Of a stretch of 64,000 nucleotides of DNA, positions 10,501-24,489 are shown in pieces. The stretch's first letter is position 1; every line of letters begins with the position of its first letter. Where the stretch lies: assembly GCA_051362555.1 (NCBI GenBank), contig CM120641.1, positions 23,256,401 to 23,320,400 on the forward strand. The letters run 5' to 3'. A program made the position numbers and the translations under genes. The notes under the pieces are model-generated. The model made no database searches. It was given only the letters and a program-made list of their open reading frames with translations, and had not been told where the DNA came from. The stretch is from Lingula anatina. Lineage: Eukaryota > Animalia > Brachiopoda.

Positions 10501-12898
10501 CTGCATTGAAATAAAAGTGATTCATTAGTATTTAAATTATATCCCTTTTATTCCCTTCTTTCTTAAGCATATTTAAAATTATCCTTGGCTGCTCTCCTTT
10601 TACATTATTATAGGCATGCAGAAATGGGTCCTTTTTCTTACTCTCTGGATTTAGTTAAATTATTTTGGTTTTTTTTTTTTACAGCTGCCCATTTTTACAC
10701 AGAACTGCAGGTGATACAGAGAGACGATATCATTTACGTTACTACAAAACAGGAACTTGTGTGTATGAAACGGATGCCAAAGGCTGTTGTGTTAAGAACG
10801 GGCCACACTGTGCATTTGCACATGGTGCACAGGACTTGCGTGCCCCAGTCTATGATATCAGAGAGTTGCAGAATCTAGACCAGCCGCCACCTGTAGGACC
10901 AGAAAAACCAACCAATGGAAGCCTGGGATCTTCTGGGAGTTTAGAAAAGGACAAGATACTAACAGAAGACCCCAGATGGAATGGTAAGTGGCCTGGTTTT
11001 GATGTCATTACTATGGGATGATATTTAGAAAAGGTAATATCATTGGTTATGAAAACTTCTTTTTTGTTTCTTTTTCATTTTGGCATGTTTTCCTATTGTC
11101 ATTGATATTTTAATGAATAAATGGGGTTAAAATTAATTATAAGTTCAACAGTTAACATCTGGGTCCAGTTTTATGTGCATCATAATCAGTGTATGCATAT
11201 TGTATTTTTTACTTATTAACTCTGCATTAACAGGTAATTTACCATCCATTTTGGTCTTATTTAGCTATATCCCTTTTATAGTATATATAAGCTTTGCACA
11301 GTGTATTGCCGGTTTATTAGATGGACTGCTAATAAATGATTACTTACTTAACACATGGAAAGCAAACCAACCCATGTATGTTAGCACAAAATTAATTCAG
11401 CTTAAAAGAGTGACAACTTGTCATTTTGGTGAGAAAAGTGCCTAAGAGCAGATTTTCCTAGGGTAAACCACAATTTTTCCATGCTTTCCAAAGGTTAATG
11501 AATCCATTTCAACATTAAAATTAAGTTCAATGTTTTTTTTTCTTTTCTTTTCTTTTTTTTTTCCTAAAATGTGGTTTTTGCAATCATCTCTAAAGATAAA
11601 TTATTGTGATAACTGCCATTTTGGTAATAAAAAGGAATTGATTATATTTCTTTATGTTGTTCACAATGTATTTATTTATTGTGGAATTTTGAATCTCATA
11701 TAAAGAGTTGTTATCCCTTTAACGGTTGAATGTTGAAAAGGTATTATACACCTATAGATGAAAAATTTTCAAAAATCTAGATATTTTTGTGTTGCACTTA
11801 GTCCCTTACCCCGAGCCCTCACCCTTTTTCCTCCCCCATTAAGAGCTGTATCTCTTTGGCACTTGAATTTTGTTTTTATGTCCACTCATCTCTGTATGCC
11901 TCTGTGTTGTTTGTAAATGTCTGCTAAGTCACATTGTTTTTCTTTGCAGACACAAATTTTGTTTTAGCAAATTATAAAACAGAGCAGTGCAAGCGGCCAC
12001 CACGGTTATGTAGACAAGGCTATGCATGTCCCCAGTTCCACAACACACGTGACCGGAGACGTAGCCCCAAGGTGTTCAAATACAGGTCCACACCTTGTCC
12101 TAATGTGAAACATGGGGATGACTGGGGTGACCCCTCTGTCTGTGAGGCAGGAGACAACTGCCCCTACTGTCATACTAGGACAGAACAGCAGTTTCACCCA
12201 GAGGTAAGAAAATTACATAAGAATATGAAATGAAACTAATTCATTAGATTTCAGGACTCTAAGGACACTTTGACTTGATTAGTTACAAGGTAAAATGCAG
12301 ATTTAGAATCTTAAAAAGTAAGTTCCAAATCTTTATAATCAGATGTGTGTGTGTGTGTGTGTGTAGTTGGTTATCATGATGTTAGTTGTTGTATATATAC
12401 TCAACATTCTAAGTTCCATCATGATTATGCATATAAACAATGATTGATGATATTTTATGACACTTAAATTGACATTGCACTACCTTTCCTTTCCCCAGAT
12501 CTACAAGTCTACCAAATGCAATGATATGGTGCAAACTGGATACTGTCCTCGTGGATCTTTTTGTGCTTTTGCTCATGTGGAACGTAAGTTGCTTTAATGA
12601 AGACAGAAGACTGAAGTGGATTTGAAACCAACACAGTTAATGTTTATCATGCGTCAAGATGGCTTATAAGTGCATTAAAATTAAACACTTTTACTAAATT
12701 AGGGCAAAAAAAAATTCCTCTTTTCATTGTTTTATTCTCAACCTCATGCTCTTGTCCTTTAAAGCTCCACCCCCATTTATCATCAATTTGACTGCTTCAG
12801 GAAATTATTGTGATAATGTAGCTTAATGTATCTACCTTTTACCATTTTCATTAAATGTAGTTACTTGGGCATGGGTGTTAACTGTAATAATGTACTAT

Positions 12899-12945
<47 letters not shown>

Positions 12946-15900
12946 TACTTAAAATGTCAGTTCTTTGTAAGTTATTTATAACATCTTCAAATTATCTGTT
13001 CTTTTAGAGGAAATGGTAAGCCAGAGGGATATAGCAGCAACAACAACTAGTAGTTCACTAGCAGCTTTTCTGCCAAATGAGCTGCAAAAGCAGACATCTA
13101 TAGATAACACACAAAGTGAAAAAAGGGATAGCAATTTGGAATCAAGTATTGAACACCAAGTAAGTGGTTGTCTGTCATTGTTACTTGTACAGTTAAACTT
13201 TAATAAAATGAATATTTGATAAATGAAAATGTCAAAGGGAAACTGATAGGGTATTACATTGAAGTATGCTAACAAACACTTTTACACAGCTATTTTTCTT
13301 GAATATCTTTATTTTTTTCATAAATTTCAGGACAGTATAGCTTTATCCAAAGATGTAACAGCTGATCATGTTGATTATAAAGTGCCAGCACCTATTGGGA
13401 AAGAAAGAGCAGATAGCTCTCCAGTGACACCTCCAGTAAGTACCTATGCCCCCCTGTAGTTCTGCTTTTAAAATACAGTCATGCTATCTTGCATTAAGTT
13501 TGAAACACTGCCCCAATTGAAAAGGTTGTGACCCAGCTTCACAGAAAGAGAGAGAGAGAGTTTATTTAAAAGTGTCTGTATTGATGTACATAGCTTTGAG
13601 GAGAAAATGACTTAGATATGGCCAGATTTACATCTCCTCTCAGATTGTCCTTCCTATTCCTTTATTAAACAATTTTATCATGAGGCACCTAAAGCCTGAA
13701 AATCAATTTTATTGTGAAGTTATAAAAAGAAAAAGCATGAAATGTTTTTTAAACTATACCAAGGACTCTGGGATACATAGTTAACCTATTCATCCAGAGA
13801 GAGATATATATGGTCCAATAAAACACTACTGAGCTTTGCCTTAACCTGAAATTTACCTCTGAAACATGAGTTGATCATATTCCAGATTACAGGTCAGATG
13901 TCCTCTCCAGTTTTTATTGGCCACGGTGTACCTGGTCCTATAGGGAAAGGACGCTCTAGTAGCACTTCCAGCAGTATTAGTACTTCAGATAGCGGGTTCT
14001 ATCAAAGAACACCAGGAATTGGGAGAGAAGATACTCAGGTAACTTGTGTAATCTCTCAAACACATCAAATGCAGGGAATAGATTGGTTTAAATTGTAATA
14101 ATAAGCATCCATTTGAGCTTTTAGTATAAACAGGTGTAAATTATCATGTAAATGTGAAAGGTGTCTTAAAAAACAAAATTACATAAACATTCTGAAATAA
14201 TACTCTTTGAACCTAGATGTAAAATTTAGATATTGGCCTGTAAATATGTGCCATTTTGTTCCCTTGTTTTCCAGCCACAGACAGTCATGTCTCAGGCCAA
14301 GCTTAGGCAGCAGTTACAAGCTATAGAAAATGATCCCAGTTTGGACACTTCTGAAAAGGCTAAGAGAAAACAAAATCTAATACTAATCCATACGCTAAAT
14401 GGGAGTAATAGCTCAGCAACATCTAATAATAGCTCAGTACCATCAGCTACATCCACTATGTCGCCACTTGCACCGCCTTTCTTTCCCCCTGGTGATACTG
14501 TGGAGTCTGTTATAGGTAGGTGTCTAAGAAAACTTCCTTTGATCATTGAGAACAACAGCTAGAGTCACATGCACCCCATTCTCCTAATGGTGTACACACA
14601 CTGTAACTGTCAGCATCCACTGCACAACCGTGTGCACCAGTTTACTTCCACTTCCCTTCCCAAACCCAAAATAAAATGTTTGCACTATCCACTTCTTGGA
14701 GTTGGTATTAACAGCCAATTAGTAGCAACCTGCATTCCACTCCCCATCCTTTCCAACCCTGATTTGTGCTTAATTTAAGTGTTGGATATAGTAGTATTCC
14801 TCTTCATTAAGTAATAAAGACCAGATTTTTAACCCCACTCAGTAGAAAGATATTATGAGAATCTTTACAATAAGTAATTTATGTAATCAATATTTTATTT
14901 CAGGCAATGCACTGGAAGATCTCAATTTGGAAGATTTTGACCTTTCCTCTATAGACAAGGAACTAGAGAAGGATAATGACAACAACTCCGTGTGCAGTTC
15001 AATAAGTGCAGGGTTTTCCTCTAGTAAGTTATGTTTTATTAATTGATACCTGAAAAAAGTACGGACAGTGGTTATGTCATTTATAGGATGGGACACTGGC
15101 TGTCAAGTTTTGTTTTTCTTTTTTATATCAAGTAAAACGTCTTCTGAAACAAAAATACTACTAAGTTACCTAGACATCTTTGATTTTTAACATATACATG
15201 TTCCGTAAATCCACTTGGAACATCCCATACTCTAGTGGTCAGATCCAATATCATAGGTTACCAGTACAATATATTGCTGTTGTTCCTAATATTCCAGATT
15301 ATCTAGGATCATCATCTGGGCCTGTCAATATCCCAGATGGCGGTGTATCCCGAGGCAGTGCAGGCAGTCTGGACTCGCCTGTATCTTCTTTAGGTAGTTT
15401 GCCCCCAGCTTTTGTACCACAACAGATGCAGCTGCAACAGAAACAAGAGCAACAGCTAGAACAGGTTTGTGTTTACATTTTCTCGGCAATCAGATTTTCC
15501 AGTTAACACCACCTTAAAACTTAGAGAACCAAAGATACCATAAAATCACGATGGGCATTTTCTTTGTAGAAATTATTGTATTCATTTTAAACTGATCTAA
15601 AGAGTATTGTTTCACATAATTATTATTATCTTGTCTAGTAGTTATTATGATAACAGTTAATATAACTGGATCAAACCAACCCATAACATATATGTGACTG
15701 CTTTGTTTCATATTTTAAGATAATTGACGAACCCAGCAATAGTTTAGACTCAGAATGTGTATTGTAATTGCATTCTACGCTATATTTGCAGGCTGCAGCT
15801 GCTTTCCTGAGTCAACCCAATCCAGGAAAGTACCACATGCCAGGGTTCTCAGACTATACCAATAACTCCCCCAGGAGCAGTACAGGTGGGGCATTATCCC

Positions 15901-17084
15901 CCCTGGTGGCACCTTCACCAACCTTCAGCTCAAATAGTGAGATGCACAGGCTTCGAGAGGAGCTGATGGCCAATAAGTCCAAGCTGCATTCTTGGGAGGA
16001 GGGTATTTCGCAAGCCAGGAGTGTAAGTTGTAATTATGTTTTCTAAAATGAGTGAATAAAAGAATGAATAGTTTAATAAAAGTCTTCTGCATCTACTTTT
16101 ATTGCTTGTTAAGTTGGATTATGGAAATTTTAGTTAAATTTGGTTAACTGAGAAGGTTATAATGAAATTTGATTTAAAGCATAACTGATGATTCTTATGT
16201 AATTTTAGGCTTGTGATGCTTGGAAAAAAGAGGCAGAAGAATCTTTAAAGAAGGCAAAAATTGCAGAAGCAGAGAAATTAGAAATTATGAGGCAAAGAGA
16301 TGAGGTAATGCAGTCTTATGAAATGTGCGATCGACAAGTGCATAGGTGTAAATTTACTTCTGCAGTGATTATATTGTTCACTTCAGTAATGAAACAAGTA
16401 AACCCAATTTATACTGCATATTTTAAGAGAATAATATACACTATTAATTTAAATTAACGGGTTCTATTACTTTCTTTTCAGGCATTGGGTCAAGTTGTGA
16501 AATTAACACAAGAAGTAGAACGGCTAAATGGAGGACCCTTTTTACACTGTTTAAAACGTATCAATGAACTGGAAAACTTGCCAATAGCTCAGTTGAAAAA
16601 TTTGCAGACTCAGCTACGATTAGATTTAGATAGATTAGATAAAGTAAGTCTGATAAAATAGTAAAACCACTTATTGTACATTATTGGGAGGCATGGATGG
16701 TGATCAAGTTGAAAAAATTAATTATATAGTATACTCGCGATAATTGTAAATATTACAAGGAGTTGCTATTTTTAAGTATGCATGCATATTCAAAGAAGAG
16801 AAGGGAACATAGAATAGGATGAACATTAAGGCTCAATTTTGTTAATTATTATTATATTTATTTATTTTAATTATTATTTTTTTTTTATTTATTTTTTTTT
16901 TTTTCAGATCGTATATCAGTATACAGCCATGAAATGCCTAGTATGTCAAGACAAGAACCGAAGTGTAGCTGTTATGCCTTGTAATCACTATGTACTGTGT
17001 GATAGCTGCTCCAGTCTAACCACAGAATGTCCGTACTGCCATGCCCCTATAACACAGAGATCCAGCATTGTACTGCCTCTATAA
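7568..17084 (+). CDS. unk: RING finger / tandem CCCH zinc-finger RNA-binding protein Unkempt
   Basis: Exons 7568-7623, 7726-7935, 10685-10983, 11950-12203, 12499-12583, 13008-13159, 13331-13435, 13886-14038, 14275(or 14281)-14515, 14904-15023, 15298-15464, 15792-16022, 16209-16304, 16482-16643 and 16908-17084. They encode EKPHHYTYLKEFRTQQCPLF..., DTERRYHLRYYKT, CKRPPRLCRQGYACP, HTRTEQQFHPEIYKSTKC, a coiled coil and a C-terminal RING (CLVC..PCNH..C..C..CPYC). AATAAA near 18155. Confidence 0.97.
8163..8176. promoter_or_regulatory. YY1-like element in the unk intron following exon 7726-7935
   Basis: CATGGCGGCCATTT, overlapping GCCAT cores on both strands; motif match only. Confidence 0.4.
10063..10400 (+). 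mobile_element. Non-autonomous TTAA-targeting DNA transposon (Kolobok-like), copy 1
   Basis: Perfect 19-bp TIR AGGGATAATAACTCTTCGT / ACGAAGAGTTATTATCCCT, flanked by TTAA at 10059-10062 and 10401-10404. Confidence 0.85.
11406..11718 (-). mobile_element. Decayed copy 2 of the same TTAA element, opposite orientation
   Basis: Ends AAGAGTTGTTATCCCT|TTAA. Internal about 11451-11510 is the reverse-complement homologue of about 10308-10368. Confidence 0.75.
12897..12944. repeat. (ATTT)n microsatellite
   Basis: Directly visible. Confidence 0.9.
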
Positions 17085-19049
17085 TCATCTCTCTCGTTAG
17101 TCATTTTAACCATACATTTTATAAAATAAGGGGAGAAAGGTGCTGATTTTTTTTTCTTGGGAGAAAAGGAGCTTTAACAGATTACAAATACAGGATGGTG
17201 GATCAGGTTCTCATATAAGGATTATACTATACAGTTATATATGCCAAGATGGTAGCAGAGGATGATTTCCCAATAGACGATTGTAATCAAATGACATTGC
17301 AGTTGCTTTCTTTCATGCCTGGAGATGGTATTTCAAGTACACTTTACTTCATATCAATGATTGTGAATGGACATCAAAAAAGCATTGGTGCATTACAAAA
17401 ATGACAATCGGGATGTTTAAATCTGAACTTTTTGGAAGTCAGAGTTTAGCTTGATGCAGTTATGCATTACATTGCAATATTTTCTTATATGATTGACTAA
17501 GTAATTGAGGGAGAAGGTGGTATATTGTGTCTAATTAGACCATTCTTATAGAGGCAATATTGAAGATTAGACTTGTAACTTGATTTCCTTCATAATCACA
17601 AACCTGTTTTCACAGCTTCAAGAATTGGACTTTACATGACTATCATTTCATTTTTGAGAGACCTCTCTTTGTGCCCATTGTTTTAAATATATATTATTAT
17701 AATTGGTTTACATTGAATTTGATTATGTTTTGAGTACTATTGATCCTTCTTTACCTATAAGGTATGATTATTTCTGTTGATGATTGATTGTAGGCACAAA
17801 TTTACACCAGGCAGAGCTGGCTCTTGCTTCCACTAGAACAGGCATTATGAAATGAGAAAGTTTTCTTCATTCTCCTTTTGTAAATTTTACCATTGTCATG
17901 AAATGTCATAGTAAATGGAAAATCTATTAAAGAAAAGCATCCCTCCATTTTTTTTTTCTTTTTTTAAGTTTGAATAAGGTACCTGGTTGTTGGTTTTTGT
18001 ATATTATTAAATATTTCTCAAAGCTTAAAAATTGGTTTGCTTTTATTCATTTTCTCTTATTTCTTACGTTTTTGTAATTAAAAATTGTGGGGCCCTTCAT
18101 GCTGTGCTGACACGTGCAAACAAGTAAATTATCAACTTCCTAGACTTTGAATCCAAATAAATGTTTTCATTTGTTCAACAAATTTTTAAACTGAGTAAAC
18201 AGCAGTAATTGGAGTAAAAGTCTGAAAATAATATTGAAATGTTTTACAGATAGAGAGGTCTGTGGTGACATGCAATGATTGTTTATTTTACTAAATGCTT
18301 AATTAATTCAATGATAATGAATCCTTTCACAGGCTCTTGGTGCTTACTAGTAAATACGACCAATCTTGATTGGAAGCAGACAATCAGACTACTATTTTCG
18401 TATATCAAGGTAAAAGATGTATTTTAAGTAGGTGCTTTAGGGAAGTATTGAAACTCAGTACATGGGAATTGAAATGCATGCCCCCCTCCAAAAATAAATA
18501 AATAACGAAGGGAAAAAAAGGAGCTCAATGCCTGCATTGCATAGGCTATGCACTGTAATCTGGTTCAGGATTAGCTTGTATTGCGTGACTGGTTTCTCTT
18601 TCGACTGTCATTCCATATTAGGCGAAGCCTTATCCTTATATTTGAAAGATATGTAGTCTACTGGATTGTCAAAACGAATCTGTGAAGACAAACTACTTCA
18701 AAGATTTGAATGATTTCAATATTTTTCATGTTTTCATTGTTTTGTCATGATGACATCAAAGAGTTGAGTGGCATAATTAGATTTTGTGGCATGCATATAG
18801 TAGATTGATTCATTGACGGGTCAACGTGATAGCTACAGATACGAAATAGACTACATATCAAAGCACATATCCCTGTTTCTTGCAACATGAAAAGTAATAG
18901 GTAAGGCAATAAAATGTGTTCTTATAAGATAAATAACATCTGCAAAACAGATCGAGTAAATTCAACTTTTCTTTATGCCGTCCTCACAACACAAACTCGC
19001 TCGGTGCCGTGGAATATGCAGGTGCGCGGATCTAGTGCTGCATACGATT

Positions 19050-19205
19050 AGCCAATCAGAAGCATGTTCATCGTCCAATCAGAACTCGGATAGCGCATCC
19101 AATTGAAAATAAAACAGGGGCGAAATCTCGACCAATAAGAAAGCAACTTATTCGTCCAATGAGAATTAAGTAGGTCAGGCCAAAAATGTCAGATTTGCTC
19201 CAATC
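19050..19205 (+). promoter_or_regulatory. H3.3 promoter with six same-strand CCAAT boxes
   Basis: CCAAT at 19052, 19075, 19099, 19132, 19156 and 19200, followed by TATTTATA at about 19229. Non-coding exon donor AAG|GTAAGA at 19316; YY1-like CGCCATTTT at about 19469 and 19497 in intron 1. Confidence 0.75.
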
Positions 19206-19772
19206 AGCATTTTTCATACATTGAAAGTTATTTATAGAATCTGGGAAGCGAAGTCTGTACCGTCTTCTATTATCATTGAAACACTCGACGTCGACTTAAG
19301 TCTACCTCGTGAAAAGGTAAGAATTTTGACAAACCTGAATTAAAAAAGTTATTAAAAACTATTTAAACTCCATTTTCAATTTATGTGGAATACAACGATA
19401 TAAAATTTACACATGGTTTAATTCTGCTTTTTAAGAAAAATTTGAATTTATTTCATAAGAAATTTGACCGCCATTTTTGTTTAGAGTTACCGGTGACGCC
19501 ATTTTCTCATTGATGAGTAATACATTCCAAATTTAACCATTTGAGAAATTCCTCTGAAGTTTTTAATATCAGAACCATTACACAACATTAAAAGTTACCT
19601 TATGCTGTACTCGTATTTTAATATAACTTTTTTCATACTAGAATTATTTGACTGTAGATTTTGAACAAAGCGCTAAGGTTAGTAGGTCAAGATGCCATGA
19701 GGTTCATCCAAACAAAGTAACGACGAACACAGTTGTCAGTGGGATTTCTATCTTTAAGTAAAGTCATTTTAA

Positions 19773-20403
<631 letters not shown>

Positions 20404-21908
20404 CATGTTCATATTGACTGACTTTTTAGACTTCATGTTTCAACAATCTCACCAATCATGAGACCAAACGCATCATCAATTTATCCACATTTCTAGGAGG
20501 GATTTTATACTGCATAGTGGAATATTTCCTTTAGTGCGTGTCTAGTAGCATTTTTAATGGACTATTCTTCTTAACTTATTGTGCTGCTTTCGTCTTGTGG
20601 CTGTATTTTGAAATGAGGTGGCCAAATGTGCACGGAAGAATGTGAAACTACATCGACCATTCGAGAGTGATTGGAGAGCCACAATTTCAAACTATGTGTA
20701 TGATAGCGTAAAAAAAAGTATATTTTATTTTGTACAATCTTTGTTAGTAAACTATTTAACCATAGATGATTCTTTTGATATTACAAATTTTCAGTGTAGG
20801 TTAACCAGGAGATTTAGCAATAACATATGACCTCAAAATGGAAGATCTCATGAAATAAAAAAAATCCTCACTGAATAAGACCAGATTTAAAAGTGAGTAC
20901 GGGTACCTGCACGTGACTCCACGGAAATTTCCAAAAGTGACCAACATTTCGATTGTATTTGGAATAAATTTCTTTTACCCTGACGATGTTGTACATTTCA
21001 GTTCTTCGTTACTTGAAAAAGACGAGTTGATGCCCTGTTCATCCACAAGAAAAAAAGCTCTCCGATTGTTTTTGCCCGATTTTCGTTTGGTTGATATGAC
21101 ACCACTTCGTAATGGTACGTTACGTACTTTGTAGCTTGCAGTAATGTGGAGGGTGGTACTTAAGTTTTTTCATTTTCCTTTGATAGAATTATGTCAAAAC
21201 CACCTTTGAAATCGTTTTATCCAGACGTTTTCTAGGTCTATTCGAAAGTTCTATTTGGTCCTAGCTAAATCGTGTTTCTGTATATTATAGCGACTTTTTA
21301 AAACAATTATCATATATGATATGAAGGGTCCAAATTGATAGTTATACCCAGTTACTGGTGTCACCGACTTCGTTTGGTGGTTGTCAAAAAATAAAATTTA
21401 GTTGGACTGCTATGGAATCAGAAAATGGATTGGAGAGGGTGGAGCTTTTGTTAATTGACACAGAATGCAACGCGTGATCCGTGAACACCCGAAACCAGTT
21501 TCAATGTTATAAATATACCTCTGCGTTGGGGGATGGGAATGTATCAAGAATGCAAATCTCAGATAGGAAAATTGCCATTTGACCAAATGACACAGGTCGT
21601 GATTTCTAAATAATGCGTTTCATTGTAAAGAGTGTGGGAATAGTACATTACGCTACATTTCAATTAACATGTACTTACAAGGCAAGAAAGATGTAAATGT
21701 GTTATCACAGCAAGGATTGTCTGTTAACTTAGCGTTAAAGTCATAGAGAGAGACTAAAAAGTAATTTAGTAAAACAGACTGACAGAAAAGACGACGGCAT
21801 TGCAGTTGTTGAGATTCTTATCTGCAGCATTCCAATTACTGCATCTTTACAGCAGTGCCAAGCATGATACTGGAGCCGAGTGGAAGATAAGTTGAAAAGA
21901 TGGGTAAT

Positions 21909-22082
21909 GGGGGCGTCTCGATAGTCCGAAGGTTCATTGGTCCGAAGGTTCATTGGTCCGAAAAGTGGTAACATTTTTATCGATTTTTTAATCAAGGGTT
22001 CATTGGTCCGAAGGTTCTATAGTGAACATTCGGACCAATGAACCTTCGGACTATTGAACCTTCGGACTATCGCTACGGTCCC
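21909..22082 (+). mobile_element. MITE with GGG termini, 16-nt subterminal repeats and 8-bp TSD
   Basis: TSD TGGGTAAT at 21901-21908 and 22083-22090. Arms built from GTCCGAAGGTTCATTG repeats, inverted on the right (CAATGAACCTTCGGAC). Confidence 0.88.
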
Positions 22083-24489
22083 TGGGTAATCCTGACATTT
22101 TTATTTTATTTTTTATTTTACATAGAATACACTCAAGATGCATGATACTTGCACAGAGTAATTGCATATCTTGGCATGCCTTCTAATATGTGCCCACAGA
22201 ATAAGGGCCCAGTGCTGGTCTACTGAATGCATTGGAAGGCTCAACAAAGCAACTGCACCAAATATTATTTTGAGTGCGCAAAAAAGACACAAAAAAATTC
22301 CTGGGTCCCATATAATATAATGTTATATGAACAGTGCTAAGGTTAACAGTGCTAAGGTTAGCCAAAAGTATCGAGGTAAGTATATGGGGCGAATGTCACC
22401 TAAACAAAGTAAAGCCAGAGAAAACGGACTGGCGTTCCTGTCGGTGCAGTTTGTTATCCAAAGGGACCACTGCTGTTTAATTTAAGTCAAAGTAAATTTT
22501 TGGTCTAATTGCATAGAACTATTTTCTACATCGAAAGTTCTTAATATAAAAGGCCCCAGGTAACTACAAGTCAAGTCACTATTAGGCTCACATTTTGAAG
22601 GGATGTAAAAACACGGAGAGCATTGAATATGAAAAGATTTGTTTTAAATTTAATAATGAAGAAAGAAAATGTATGAACTGGAAAAATAAATATAAAGCAA
22701 TGCACACATATAAACGAGATGATGTCAATGAACTCACAATCATAAACCTTATTACACATTTGGACAATAAAGCCCCTTGCAGTCATCAATTATCACTTAT
22801 TATAATAGCTGTTTAAAGCACTTTGAATAAAACGGCATTCAAAGCCAAAAAAATATATGGAAAGCAGACCAAAATCCAACGTGAAATCTCTTTATACGAA
22901 AAATATACAACTTTGGGGACTACTCCTTTTTTTCATGGACATACACCTTTCGCCACAGACGATTTGGACCTTTTGTCAACGCGCCTTATGACAAGGCCTA
23001 GTCTATGACAGTATCTAATAAACGGTGAAAAGACGCTGGGAGCGTGGTTGTGCCTAATAAAAAAGACCAGGAGATAGGTAAACCTGTTCAGGAGGATAAA
23101 AAAATCCTATGATAAAACTAATCGTGAGCTAACATATAGATAAAATGCCCCGGTATAGAGGCTTTAGGCGTGTCAGCGGAAGCTCTGTTCGTAATTAGAT
23201 TCACCACAGCACGCGTTCTCCACGCGTCCGCACGAGTCCGGCACGCGGGGAGTGGACAAACAGCAGCTAATTACTTCAAACAAAAGCCAAGTTTAGCGCG
23301 GTCAGAGGCGAAGATAATTGGCGTATCACTTTCATTCCTGTTGAAAATAAATATTGTTCCATTCTCTATCTTCTGTTGCAATTGTGATACAACCGCTTCC
23401 TGAAATCTTAGCACAGCTGCGATGTCGCAAAGTGAATTTAAACAACGTTTCATTTTTAATCAAAATACTATTGAATTTATCAATATGTTGTCCTTCTCCG
23501 GCAAAACACACTGATATCGAAGAGTACGCTTCTACTTTCAAATTAAGTTAAAGGTCACATCAGCATAAACATAAAACCCTGGATTTTATAGATATTGCGT
23601 TTTATAATAACGTTTACCCTTATAATTATTTGATTCTTGGATTAATATTAATAAATCTGTCTCATGAAATATATCACCGTGTTTTTGCCAATCAGTATAT
23701 ATACAGTATATATATATATATATATATATGAAAAGAAAACAAGAAAAGAAAAAAAATCACTAGGCTTACAAGAAGTTGAGAGTTAAGGATGACGGAAATA
23801 ACCTTGAACATGAAATCGACGGAGCAAACTCATTGCCACTGAAGCAAAAACATTTTATGCATTACTCACACTTTAAGTTTTTTTCCTGTAATCAACTTAA
23901 TTGTTGGTTATGTGGTTGAGGCGTGGTGTTACCTATCTGCACAGCGGGGACTATTAACCGCTGCTCAGCAATTTCTGGCGAAGCACCGTCGCTTCTTGTC
24001 CAGCAACAGTGGGCGGTGACGCCATGTTACTTACGTTTTCAAATCATTTCAATTTCTAAAAACTTTGCATTTTTGCTTATTTTCTCCATATATTAATTAA
24101 ATAAGGAATTCGACAGCATTGTCATTTACAGCACCTACTAATGTTTCGTCTGTGCTTTCAAATCTCCTGGGGCCCATACTCTATTGTCAGCATGAGCCAG
24201 TTTTTCTCTATCTTTGTGCAGGACTTTCGTCATTTCGCCAAGTTGTCGATACAAATTTTCAAGCTAGCGCAATCTAATCTCTCCACTTCAAGATAAAGTA
24301 ATTTGACTCAAATTAAACATGGCCCACGAGCTCCTCTGCTGGGCGTCTCTTTTGTGTCTAGACTCGGAAACTTTATCACTTCAAAAGAGAAGACATGCAG
24401 AAAACGCTGTTGGATTTAAAGCGCGCTACCTCAAGAAGAGGAGTAGTTTTACAACCAGAACTCCAAGAACACGGACACCTTCTACAAAG

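Noticed and set aside
21920-22072. Regularly repeated 16-mers resembling a CRISPR array
   Set aside because: Eukaryotic context, no unique spacers, and an inverted arrangement with a TSD indicate a MITE.
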